A stretch of 64,000 bases of DNA from Candidatus Poribacteria bacterium WGA-3G (GTDB taxonomy: Bacteria; Poribacteria; WGA-4E; WGA-3G). The number at the start of each line of letters is the position of its first letter. The first letter of the stretch is position 1. Of this stretch, positions 1 through 8,672 are shown piece by piece. The stretch is taken from positions 937 through 64,936 of the forward strand of contig ASZN01000007.1 in NCBI GenBank assembly GCA_000406005.1, read 5' to 3'. The translations under genes were made by a program, and so were the position numbers. Below the pieces are notes generated by a model, which had not been told where the DNA came from, did no database searches, and saw nothing but the letters and a program-made list of their open reading frames with translations.

Positions 1-2817
1 CTACAAAACCTCTTTTTTGCAACGTTGAACACAGAGATAGACAAACGGACGTTTAGCAAGGGTGGCAATTCTAATCACCGCAATTTCTCACAGTATCGCT
101 ACGAGAAGCAGATGCGCGCGCCTGATAAACTATTAGAATTTTTTGACAAAACGCCATTCATCAACGGTGGCTTGTTCGACTGTCTGGATAGCTTCAAGGC
201 AACAAAATTCGGGGGCTACCGAATAGACTGCTTTTCTGATAAACAGTACCATAAGCTATCCATCCCGAACCACCTCTTTTTTGACGCACAGCACGGATTG
301 ATCCCTTTACTTGAACACTACAAATTCACCGTTGAAGAGAACACGCCGGTAGATCAGGAGGTTGCACTGGACCCCGAGTTGCTCGGCAGAGTGTTTGAGA
401 ATCTACTCGCCGCTATCAACCCGGAAACGGGAGAAACGGCGCGCAAGATGACAGGCTCCTATTACACCCCACGCGCTATCGTAGACTATATGGTGGAGGA
501 GGCGTTGGTTGCTGCGTTATCCCAAAAGTGTCAACCGACTGATGATAATTCAGAACTTTGGGATGAACGATTGCGATACCTGTTTGACTATGCACAAATG
601 TTTGACGATGCTCACGAATGGTTTGACAACCGCGAAACGGACGCGATTGTGAAAACAATTTCTGAACTCAAGATATTGGACCCAGCTGTCGGTTCCGGAG
701 CGTTTCCGATGGGCATACTCCACAAGTTGACGTTAGCACTCCGCCGACTTGACCCTGATAACAACCGATGGGAAACATTACAAAAGGAACTTTCAGGAAA
801 ACGTGCTGCAGCGGCATTTAACACTCAAGACCAACAGGAACGCGACGCTGAACTCACCGAAATCAGCGAAACTTTTGAACGATACCGAGATTCAGACTTC
901 GGACGGAAGTTGTATCTGATACAAAATAGCATCTTCGGCGTGGATATCCAACCGATTGCGTGCCAAATCGCCAAACTCCGCTTTTTCATATCACTTGCCA
1001 TTGAGCAGGAACCGGACAGAGACGCGGAGAACTTCGGCATCAAACCCTTGCCGAATTTGGAGACACGTTTTGTCGCAGCGGATACACTGATAGGCATAGA
1101 TTTATCCGAAACAAGGGGATTGTTCCAAGATGATACCGTACAGCAATTGCTAAAAGAAATTGACGGAATTCGTGAAAAGTTTTTTCTGGCAAACAACCGA
1201 ACACAAAAACGTGAACTTGAAGAGCAAGAAGAAAATTGCCGCAAACAATTGGAGGAAGAATTGGAGCGGCAGCGAATAGAATGGATAGGGAACCGACAAC
1301 GAGAAATAGATCAAAAAGTAAACCAACTTCCCACCGCTGAACTACGTGACAAGTTGCGAGAGAAGGAACAAAAAACGTTTGAAACGCGTAAGAAAGCATT
1401 TGATTCCGAATTTGAAAATGCTCGCAAAATCGTTCGCTGGAAACCCTACGACCAGAACGCGAAGACAGATTGGTTTGATCCAGAACGGATGTTTGGCATC
1501 AACGACGGGGTTGATGTAGTAATTGGAAATCCGCCTTATGTCCAATTGCAAAAGGAAAATGGGAGACTTGGGAAACTTTATCAAAACGCAGGTTTTGAAA
1601 CCTTTGCCCGTACAGGTGATATTTACTGTTTGTTCTATGAAAAAGCGAATCAACTTTTAAAAAATAACGGACATGCCTGTTTGATTACTTCCAATAAATG
1701 GATGCGCGCTGGTTATGGTAAAAAGTTGAGGGATTATTTTGTAACGCTTACCCAACCGATTCAACTGCTGGATATGGGACCGGATGTGTTTGATGCTACT
1801 GTTGACACCAACATTTTGCTTTTCCAAAAGATTGTATCCGATGTCCCCGCTGCCTTCGTAGGCGTGTCTCTCGGAGCAGACTTTGACAGACATACCGGCA
1901 ATATTGCCCGATATCTGATTAACAATGGCTCGACGATGGAGGTGCCCGCTAAAGGGGAACCGTGGGCGATCCTTTCGTCTGCTGAACTTAACTTGAAACG
2001 CAAAATAGAGGATGCCGGTAAACCGCTTAAAGATTGGAATATAAACATCTATCGTGGAATTGTAACAGGTCGTAACGAGGCATTTATCATAGACGAATTC
2101 AAGAGAGAAGAACTTATAGATCAAGACCCAAAGTCAACAGAAATCATCAAACCACTTCTGCGAGGAAAAGACATTAAACGCTACCGTGCCCAATGGGCAG
2201 GATTGTATTTGATAGGCACTTTTCCTGTGCTGAATTTGGATATCAACGACTATCCTGCAGTCAAAAATTATCTCATAGAATTTGGTAAAGATCGCTTGGA
2301 ACAATCGGGAAAAACACTTACCAATGGAACTAAATCTCGGAAGAAAAGTAAAAATAAATGGTTTGAAACACAAGATCAAATTGCTTACTACGCCGAATTC
2401 AATAATGAAAAGATCGTTTATCCGGAAACAACACATTCCGCAAATTTTTTCTATGACAAAAACCAATTTTATTTAGACAAAACCTGTTTTATGATTACAG
2501 GGAGCGATCTAAAAATCTTGGTGGGATTGCTCAGTTCTACATTGATGACCTTTGCTTATAAACGGTACTGTAGTGGGACTGTGCTGGGCGTAAAAGGGTA
2601 TCAGTATAACAAACACGCTTTAGAGAAACTTCCTGTCGCCAAAATTTCCGCCTCACAACAGCAATCTTTTATCACCTTAGTTGATCAGATTCTTGATGCT
2701 AAGAAAGCCGATCTCAACGCAGACACTTCCTCCCTTGAAAATGAGATTGACCAACTGGTCTATGAATTGTATAATTTAACGGAAGATGAGATTGCGATTG
2801 TGGAGGGGAATGTCTGA
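1..2817 (+). CDS. Eco57I/PglX-like N6-adenine DNA methyltransferase (type IIG RM or BREX-type), 5' partial
   Basis: Frame is open from nt 1, with no stop before the TTG at 25. Motifs seen: YYTPRAIVDYMV, motif I ILDPAVGSGAFP, motif IV VVIGNPPYV, and a TaqI-like C-terminal specificity region (YRGIVTGRNEAFII). A charged coiled-coil-like insert sits between motifs I and IV. Confidence 0.8.
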   Translation, partial: LQNLFFATLNTEIDKRTFSKGGNSNHRNFSQYRYEKQMRAPDKLLEFFDKTPFINGGLFDCLDSFKATKFGGYRIDCFSDKQYHKLSIPNHLFFDAQHGLIPLLEHYKFTVEENTPVDQEVALDPELLGRVFENLLAAINPETGETARKMTGSYYTPRAIVDYMVEEALVAALSQKCQPTDDNSELWDERLRYLFDYAQMFDDAHEWFDNRETDAIVKTISELKILDPAVGSGAFPMGILHKLTLALRRLDPDNNRWETLQKELSGKRAAAAFNTQDQQERDAELTEISETFERYRDSDFGRKLYLIQNSIFGVDIQPIACQIAKLRFFISLAIEQEPDRDAENFGIKPLPNLETRFVAADTLIGIDLSETRGLFQDDTVQQLLKEIDGIREKFFLANNRTQKRELEEQEENCRKQLEEELERQRIEWIGNRQREIDQKVNQLPTAELRDKLREKEQKTFETRKKAFDSEFENARKIVRWKPYDQNAKTDWFDPERMFGINDGVDVVIGNPPYVQLQKENGRLGKLYQNAGFETFARTGDIYCLFYEKANQLLKNNGHACLITSNKWMRAGYGKKLRDYFVTLTQPIQLLDMGPDVFDATVDTNILLFQKIVSDVPAAFVGVSLGADFDRHTGNIARYLINNGSTMEVPAKGEPWAILSSAELNLKRKIEDAGKPLKDWNINIYRGIVTGRNEAFIIDEFKREELIDQDPKSTEIIKPLLRGKDIKRYRAQWAGLYLIGTFPVLNLDINDYPAVKNYLIEFGKDRLEQSGKTLTNGTKSRKKSKNKWFETQDQIAYYAEFNNEKIVYPETTHSANFFYDKNQFYLDKTCFMITGSDLKILVGLLSSTLMTFAYKRYCSGTVLGVKGYQYNKHALEKLPVAKISASQQQSFITLVDQILDAKKADLNADTSSLENEIDQLVYELYNLTEDEIAIVEGNV

Positions 2818-2978
2818 ATCGCGGATTTGCGCGGATTACGCAGATTGCGCGGATTTTAAGAGTTTCTGCTGCCGGAAGCGCATCGCAAGGAAAAAACATC
2901 AAAGATTAACACGAAAAAACGTGCTGTCATTTGAGAAAATAACTTGTTGATACCAAAGTCAATAATCCGCGATTCAGA
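2813..2978. repeat. 15-bp perfect inverted pair TCTGAATCGCGGATT (2813-2827) / AATCCGCGATTCAGA (2964-2978); member of the GATTCAGA repeat family
   Basis: Direct reading. CCGCGATTCAGA or close variants recur near 3486, 4433 and 7706. The reverse form recurs at 21375 after the GHKL gene. Confidence 0.7.
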
Positions 2979-3030
2979 AAGTTGCAAGGTCTTATCTACA
3001 AAGAAGTAGCTATTACGGAGGTGAACGAAA

Positions 3031-3402
3031 ATGTCAAATCAATCTAACACGTCGAACGATAAACCACGGACAGTTCAGGACATCATTCGCGAGATAGAGC
3101 AGAAATCGGCTGGCGGTGGTTATATCTATCGCGGTGAACGTAAAGGCAATCCAAAAGTTACCTCAAAACTCTATCGTGATTTTGAGATTGAAACTGGAAA
3201 TTTTGATATAGAACGTGTCCAAAAAGAGATGTTGGCAGGTGCGAAAAAACATACAGGGCACCTACCTCATGACTCTCGCGTGGATGTCATGGCACCACCA
3301 AACGTGATAGCGGCGTTTACAGGGGAAACAGAGGAAGCAATAGATTTTGAAATTCTCACCGAAATCCAACACTACGGTGGTAAAACGAAGCTGCACTGCT
3401 AA
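3031..3402 (+). pseudogene. FRG-domain protein, 3'-truncated
   Basis: YIYRGE (the F/YRG motif) and EIQHYGGKT resemble the FRG-domain QHyGlpT box. The ORF stops immediately afterwards, exactly where repeat copy R1a begins (about 3390). Confidence 0.5.
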
Positions 3403-3616
3403 CACCCTCGCAAGCATAGCAGTCCAACAAAAAACTGTCCGCTTAGCGGATTACCTGATGCTACAGGTTTTCAATCCGAGAACCCGCGATTCAGATAATA
3501 AGAAAACGCCAACCCCTAACCCTGCCAATTAGAAAGTTCCGACTAAAACCGTTGATAACCGACACAAGTTGTGGTATACTTTTCTTAACTATTTATAGGA
3601 AGAGGTGAATACCATG
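3390..3616. repeat. Repeat family R1, copy a (coding remnant ..LTPSQA*, hairpin, GATTCAGA box, promoter, RBS)
   Basis: Aligns by eye with 4289-4455 and 7569-7835. Shared blocks include CTAACACCCTCGCAAGCATAGCAG, AAAACTGTCCGCTTAGCGGATTACCTGATG, GATTCAGATAATAAGAAAACGCCAACC and AAAACCGTTGATAACCGAC.CAAGTTGTGGTATACT. Confidence 0.75.
3552..3580 (+). promoter_or_regulatory. sigma70-type promoter TTGATA-17-TATACT with extended -10 TG
   Basis: TTGATA at 3552-3557, 17-nt spacer, TGgTATACT ending at 3580. It lies about 30 nt upstream of the DUF433 start. Confidence 0.6.
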
Positions 3617-3907
3617 AACGACTATAGAGATATTATTACCATTGAACCGGGGAAACGCAGCGGGCAGCCGTGTATTCGAGGAATGCGGATCACCGTTTAC
3701 GATGTCTTTGAATATCTGGCATCGGGTATGACAGTCGCGGAAGTTCTTCACGATTTTCCGGAGTTAACCGAGACAGATATTCGCGCCTGTTTTGCTTACG
3801 CTGCGGACAAGGAAAAAATGCAGATGGTCGTTTACACAGATGAAACTTCTATTCGATCAGAACCTATCCGCCCAACTGGTGACACTGCTGGCGGACCTGT
3901 TTCCTGA
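3614..3907 (+). CDS. DUF433-family antitoxin-like protein
   Basis: GKRSGQPCIRGMRITVYDVFEYLASGMTVAEVLHDFPELTETDIRACFAYAA is typical of DUF433. RBS GGAAGAGG lies upstream of the ATG at 3614. The 3' end overlaps the next gene. Confidence 0.7.
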   Translation: MNDYRDIITIEPGKRSGQPCIRGMRITVYDVFEYLASGMTVAEVLHDFPELTETDIRACFAYAADKEKMQMVVYTDETSIRSEPIRPTGDTAGGPVS

Positions 3908-4172
3908 TTCCACGCATGTCAAAACGATAGGGTTAAATACGGCGGCGGATACCGAGTTATGGGATTACGCTCGTGATAACGACTATCTCATCATTTCAAA
4001 GGATACAGACTTTAGGAATAGGAGCGTTATTCACGGTTATCCGCCAAAAGTGATTTGGGTCAAGATAGGGAATTGTGCCACAAGCACTGTCGAATACAAT
4101 TTGAGAAAGCATTTCGCTGATATTAAAGAATTTGCGAGGAACGCAAATGCGGGCTTATTTATCCTGCGGTAA
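3840..4172 (+). CDS. PIN-like (DUF5615 / Mut7-C type) toxin-like protein
   Basis: MKLLFDQNLS...ELWDYARDNDYLIISKDTDFRN fits the acidic-residue pattern of DUF5615 partners of DUF433. The internal ATG at 3840 is preferred to the ORF-track start at 3792. Confidence 0.6.
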   Translation: MKLLFDQNLSAQLVTLLADLFPDSTHVKTIGLNTAADTELWDYARDNDYLIISKDTDFRNRSVIHGYPPKVIWVKIGNCATSTVEYNLRKHFADIKEFARNANAGLFILR

Positions 4173-4288
4173 TCGGATTAAACGCCAACAACCAACAGAG
4201 AAATCGCCATTTAGAAAGCGGGAGCCATTTATCCTAAAAGCACGCATTCGTTCAACGTGCATATAAAGTTCTGTTAACTTTGAGCGGC

Positions 4289-4455
4289 AAGAACATAAGT
4301 TTAAACTACCGGAAGACTTCGCCGCACGACTAACACCCTCGCAAGCATAGCAGCCTAACAAAAACTGTTCTCTTAGCGGATTACCTGATGTTACAGGTTT
4401 TCAATCCGCGAAATCTGCGTCATCCGTGATAATCCGCGATTCAGATAGTAAAGAA
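4289..4455. repeat. Repeat family R1, copy b (lacks the promoter half)
   Basis: AAACTACCGGAAGACTTCGCCGCACGACTAACACCCTCGCAAGCATAGCAGCCTAACAAAAACTGT...AATCCGCGATTCAGATAG aligns with copies a and c. Confidence 0.7.
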
Positions 4456-4677
4456 ACTGTCATTTAAAAAATAAACCCTGAACACACAAACCCACCTCCC
4501 TTCTGAACACGCAACCCGCGTATCAACTTTTACCTTGAAAATGAAATACGCCTCTGGTATACTCATGCCAAACTTTGGACAATTTTCAGTCTGTTGCTTG
4601 AAAGCGAGTAAAACCCAATGTATTCCATAGAAACGCCGCATTGCTTCCACAGAGGTTTCCGTGTATGCTTTCAAGAC

Positions 4678-4747
4678 ACATAGCACTCCGCTGGAGTGCA
4701 GGACCGGTTCCCCTGGCTGCTATAGACATATTGCTCCGCTGGAGCAA
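4678..4747. repeat. REP/PATE-like double hairpin (ACATAGCACTCCGCTGGAGTGCA ... TTGCTCCGCTGGAGCAA)
   Basis: Two 7-bp-stem hairpins with identical CCGCTGG centres. The same arrangement recurs at 17664-17733. Confidence 0.7.
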
Positions 4748-4831
4748 ACGTTAATACCTTCTCCGGTTTCCAGATGCAGCAAATATAAACTTGAGAAATC
4801 TACGCTTTGTGCAGATTTTAGTGAAAATTGT

Positions 4832-4860
4832 TTGCATCACTTATCAAATAATGGTATAAT
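4832..4860 (+). promoter_or_regulatory. promoter TTGCAT-17-TGgTATAAT
   Basis: The -10 box ends 7 nt before the ATG at 4868, which implies a leaderless or near-leaderless mRNA for the HD gene. Confidence 0.55.
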
Positions 4861-4867
4861 TTAATTT

Positions 4868-6250
4868 ATGACAGAACGCCTACATGAAATGCGAGACCCG
4901 ATTCACGGGTTTATCAAACTTTCCAAAAAAGAGAAGAAACTGATTGACACCCAAGTGTTTCAGCGGCTTCGTCGAATTCGGCAACTGGCACTGACATCTT
5001 TGGTGTATCCGGGGGCTGTGCATACCCGATTTGACCATTCTATCGGTGTGATGCACGTTGCGGGCCGAATTTGCCAGAGGCTTCAGGAATTAAATCCATC
5101 AAAAATATGCGATGAAGACATAGATCGGGTTCGGCTTGCCGCATTGCTTCATGATGTCGGGCACGGCCCCTTTAGTCATGTTTCCGAGCATCTTTTGAAA
5201 AAGTACGCACCAGCAGATGCCGATACAGGACAGGTTCTCGAAAAAATACACGAGAAGATCACAGTAGATATTATCCGGAGCGATCCACAAATCAAAAACA
5301 TTCTAAAAAATGATTGCGAGTTCGTGATTGACATGATTCAAGGGAAACCGACGCGGGACTGGCAGCGTGACATCGTTTCCAGTGAATTAGACGCGGATAA
5401 AATGGACTATCTTTTACGCGATTCGTATTTTGCCGGTGTCAAATATGGTGAGTACGATCTGGAAAAACTGATTGAATCTTGCCGTATTGCGGACCGTCGA
5501 GAAACCCCTCTCGCAATTGGTAGCAAAGGAATTTACGCTCTTGAACAACTCCTATTAGCGAGGTATCACATGACACAGCAAGTCTATTGGCACCGAGTAA
5601 GTCTCATTTCCAATGAGATGATTGTTCGCGGTATTACCCTTGCAATTGATGGGCGTAACACAAAAATGGGCAAACTTTATAAATACCCTAAAAAAAACAA
5701 GAGAACCTCCGATGAGGATTACGAAAAAAAGAAAAAAGATTTCGTTCAAAACTACCTAAACTATCATGATGAAAAGGTGATTGACCTTTTGAGGAATTGC
5801 AAGCAAGAGAAAGCCCGAGAAATTTTCAATCAGATTTATAATCGGGAACTTTACAAAATGATTGCCGAGATTCGATTCAAGGACGAAAGGGATGAAATGG
5901 TTCGGACTGGTCTCCGAGGAGTGATAGCGGATCCAGATCGGAAACGCCAATGTGAAGAGAACATTGCGGCACATATAGACATTGATCCTGATTATGTGAT
6001 TGTCAATAAACCGCCAATCCGGAATCTGAATTACGTCAGTCAGACCGAGACCCCGAATCTGGAAGCGATTATGGTTTTCGACGAAAAGCAAGATTTACTT
6101 ATGTCTCTACCAGCGTACGCAGGTGAACTATTTTTTGTCAGGCACTCCGCTGACACCTCTGCTTTAGAAACTATCCAAGTTTATGCCCCACATAAAAATG
6201 ATTCAAAAAAAGAGAAAAGCGAAATCCAAAACATTTTGCGTTCCTCATGA
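4868..6250 (+). CDS. HD-domain phosphohydrolase, SAMHD1/EF1143-like (COG1078, putative dNTP triphosphohydrolase)
   Basis: RFDHSIGV, LLHDVGHGPFSH and DADKMDYLLRDSYFAGV form the H..HD..D metal-binding signature of this family. Confidence 0.8.
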   Translation: MTERLHEMRDPIHGFIKLSKKEKKLIDTQVFQRLRRIRQLALTSLVYPGAVHTRFDHSIGVMHVAGRICQRLQELNPSKICDEDIDRVRLAALLHDVGHGPFSHVSEHLLKKYAPADADTGQVLEKIHEKITVDIIRSDPQIKNILKNDCEFVIDMIQGKPTRDWQRDIVSSELDADKMDYLLRDSYFAGVKYGEYDLEKLIESCRIADRRETPLAIGSKGIYALEQLLLARYHMTQQVYWHRVSLISNEMIVRGITLAIDGRNTKMGKLYKYPKKNKRTSDEDYEKKKKDFVQNYLNYHDEKVIDLLRNCKQEKAREIFNQIYNRELYKMIAEIRFKDERDEMVRTGLRGVIADPDRKRQCEENIAAHIDIDPDYVIVNKPPIRNLNYVSQTETPNLEAIMVFDEKQDLLMSLPAYAGELFFVRHSADTSALETIQVYAPHKNDSKKEKSEIQNILRSS

Positions 6251-6261
6251 AAGGAGATTAT

Positions 6262-6831
6262 ATGAACATTGTTGACATTCTTCTACTTGTCATCAAAAGT
6301 GAACCTGGGGAGGAGTTAAGAGGGAGAACCCTCCTTCAAAAGAAAATCTATTTTCTGAGCGTCTTGCTCAAAGAAAATTTCGGATTCTCCGCTCACTATT
6401 ATGGGCCTTATAGTAGTTTCGTGGCGGAACATTTAGATGGTTTGGTGAACTATGGTGTCATCAAGGAATTCACAGAGTCTTTTACTGCCACTTCAGTTGA
6501 GCAAAACGCTTTCGGTGAAATTCGGAGGCACACCTATTCTCTAACCGCTGATGCTGAAGAGATGTGGGACGCAACTCAGCAAAAACTTGAGTTTCAAGAA
6601 TGGAATGAGGCACTTCAAGCCATCAACGAACAAAAGATTTCCAATGACTTTAACAGGCTTTCCATCGCGGCAAAGGTTCATTACATTGTTAGTTGGGAAG
6701 GGGAAAGCACAGTAGAAGAAGTTAAACAGGTTGCCGAGGAATATGGCTGGGACCTGGAGGAAGATGATATCGAAAACATCCTTTTCTTTTTAGAAGCCCT
6801 GAGTCTTGTACCCTATACTCCGCACTTCTAA
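6262..6831 (+). CDS. Panacea (DUF4065/SocA)-like domain protein
   Basis: LLQKKIYFLSVLL...FSAHYYGPYSSFVAEHLDGLVNYGVI resembles the KLqKLlYf...yGPv core of the Panacea domain. AGGAG lies 5 nt upstream of the ATG at 6262. An alternative ATG at 6247 overlaps the HD stop as ATGA. Confidence 0.5.
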   Translation: MNIVDILLLVIKSEPGEELRGRTLLQKKIYFLSVLLKENFGFSAHYYGPYSSFVAEHLDGLVNYGVIKEFTESFTATSVEQNAFGEIRRHTYSLTADAEEMWDATQQKLEFQEWNEALQAINEQKISNDFNRLSIAAKVHYIVSWEGESTVEEVKQVAEEYGWDLEEDDIENILFFLEALSLVPYTPHF

Positions 6832-7072
6832 TTTCGTTTTTTAGTATTTATTTCCTGAACCCTTGTGGTTCCAACATTCAGCAAACAATGTCCAGTGGAT
6901 CAGAGAAAAAGATATATGCGAAATGAACGCCTAATTCGCATCTCCCAATGTCCTTATCCTGTTCGGATCCTTGTGTGACGTGGGTTCGTCTAAAAATATC
7001 AAAACGTGTCAAAACAAGTGCGGAGTGTGGGTTGTACCAACCGATAAATCTGATGACATTCCATTCTAAAAA

Positions 7073-7501
7073 ATGAAGGATATTGTAATCATGTTAGGAG
7101 AAAGGCTGAGAAGATTTAGACGGGTCTGTGGTATGTCCATAGGAGATTTATCGGATGCAGTTGATGGATTGGTTAGCAGCCAAACACTGTCAAAATATGA
7201 ACAAGGGGAGCTACAACCGACAGCAGTAGTACTCATTCGGATCGCTGCAGCACTTGGTGTTAAGTCTTCCCAATTGTTGGGCGAACCCTTTTGTGATACA
7301 GAAACCGATCAACCTCTGAATCATACCGTCGAACTACCCACTGACAAATTAAGCGAACGCTGTAGATTCCTACAATTACCAAAAAAAGAAAGAGAGCGCA
7401 TCTTGAGGAAACAAGCAGAGGAGATAGTGGATTTCTACGAAAACGATACAAAGTGGCGAGAATGGGTCAGGGGTCCAATTATCGAGTACGAAATCCCTTA
7501 A
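7073..7501 (+). CDS. XRE-family helix-turn-helix protein
   Basis: LGERLRRFRRVCGMSIGDLSDAV...SQTLSKYEQGELQPTAVVLIRIAAALGV is a classical Cro/C1 HTH. Confidence 0.7.
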   Translation: MKDIVIMLGERLRRFRRVCGMSIGDLSDAVDGLVSSQTLSKYEQGELQPTAVVLIRIAAALGVKSSQLLGEPFCDTETDQPLNHTVELPTDKLSERCRFLQLPKKERERILRKQAEEIVDFYENDTKWREWVRGPIIEYEIP

Positions 7502-7568
7502 TCCGAAGCAGTGAGAAACCCAGAATATAATTTTTGACCTCACTGTTAAAGTGTTCCCGACTTTTAGC

Positions 7569-7835
7569 AGAAACATGAGATTAAACTTACCGGAAGACAT
7601 CGCCGCAATGCTAACGCCGCCGCAGGCATAGCAGTAAAGCAAAAACTGTCCGCTTAGCAGATAACTCGATGTTCCAGAATGTCAATCCGTGTTATCTGTG
7701 AAACCTGCGATTCAGATAATAAGAAAACGCCAACCTCTCACCCACCAATTAGAAATTTCATACTAAAACCGTTGATAACCGACGCAAGTTGTGGTATACT
7801 TTCTTAACTACTTGGAGGAAAAGGTGGATACCATG
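7569..7835. repeat. Repeat family R1, copy c (full length, including promoter and RBS)
   Basis: Collinear with 3390-3616 up to and including the first codons (ATACCATGAA). Confidence 0.75.
7772..7800 (+). promoter_or_regulatory. promoter TTGATA-17-TATACT (duplicate of 3552-3580)
   Basis: Same hexamers and spacer length. The spacer differs from the 3552 copy at one position. Confidence 0.6.
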
Positions 7836-8060
7836 AAAACGCTTGCGTTGGAAACTGATTATAAAATCAAATTGCCTCTTGACTGGGTGAAAGAATTGGG
7901 GTTGGAATCGGGTGTTGTGCTTGAAAGGACAGATGATGGCATCCTAATCCGTCCATCCCTTGCACAAACATGGGACGAGATTTATGCCGAGAAACTCAAA
8001 ATAGGGAATACCTCGGCACTTGACTTGTCCGAGGTGAGTGGTGATGACCTTATCTTTTGA
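7833..8060 (+). CDS. AbrB/SpoVT-type antitoxin (VapB-like)
   Basis: KIKLPLDWVKELGLESGVVLERTDDGILIRP is a swapped-hairpin beta-barrel motif. GGAGGAAAAGG RBS precedes the ATG at 7833. Confidence 0.65.
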   Translation: MKTLALETDYKIKLPLDWVKELGLESGVVLERTDDGILIRPSLAQTWDEIYAEKLKIGNTSALDLSEVSGDDLIF

Positions 8061-8634
8061 TCAATCTGCGCCGCGTGGGCTGGACGCGATGCTGATTGTT
8101 TATTCCCTGCTTGATGACCATCCCGCATCCGCCGCGTGTGAATCGTTTATCCGAGACCACACAAATTGGTTCACAACAACGCTTACGCTGCTTGAAGCAA
8201 AAGCGATTCTCACAAAGGTTTATGCTGTAGATACCAATCTTACCTCACAACAACTTTCCCAATTTTCCGAAGGACCTATTGAGATTGTTGAAGTAGATTT
8301 GCCGATAACCCTTGTTGCAATGTCGATTGCCGACACCTTAGCAATCGACATCACCGATGCAGTTTTGGTGCAAGCAACGCGCACTCGTAATGCCAATATC
8401 CTCGCAACAGATGACCGTAAACTAATACAAGCCTGCCATCAAGTAGATATTACGGTTGAAAACCCAATTGATGTTTCGCTACGGAGGCAAATGGCAAGTT
8501 GGGAATCAGAAAACTTGCCGCAAAAAGGATTGCCCCGCATCCTCAGGCAAATTCATCGCTGGTTGCATCAAAACCATCAACAGGCTGCCGAAGATTTCTG
8601 GTCGCAAACCGGCGGTGGGAGCCACTTACCCTAA
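8038..8634 (+). CDS. PIN-domain ribonuclease (VapC-like) with about 60-aa C-terminal extension
   Basis: Acidic residues sit in LDAMLIVY, LLEAKAIL, ITDAVLVQA and ILATDDRKL. The start overlaps the antitoxin stop by 23 nt. Confidence 0.65.
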   Translation: MVMTLSFDQSAPRGLDAMLIVYSLLDDHPASAACESFIRDHTNWFTTTLTLLEAKAILTKVYAVDTNLTSQQLSQFSEGPIEIVEVDLPITLVAMSIADTLAIDITDAVLVQATRTRNANILATDDRKLIQACHQVDITVENPIDVSLRRQMASWESENLPQKGLPRILRQIHRWLHQNHQQAAEDFWSQTGGGSHLP

Positions 8635-8672
8635 CAGAACAGAAATTGTGTACGGCATACGGAGTATGCCTA

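Noticed and set aside
3390-7700. R1 repeats as integron attC sites bounding gene cassettes
   Set aside because: RYYYAAC-like words occur (GTCCAAC, GCCTAAC), but I found no matching GTTRRRY partner in the expected inverted position. No intI gene is in the window. Some units carry their own promoter and some cassettes hold two or more genes. The cassette-like organisation is reported as a finding without the integron label.
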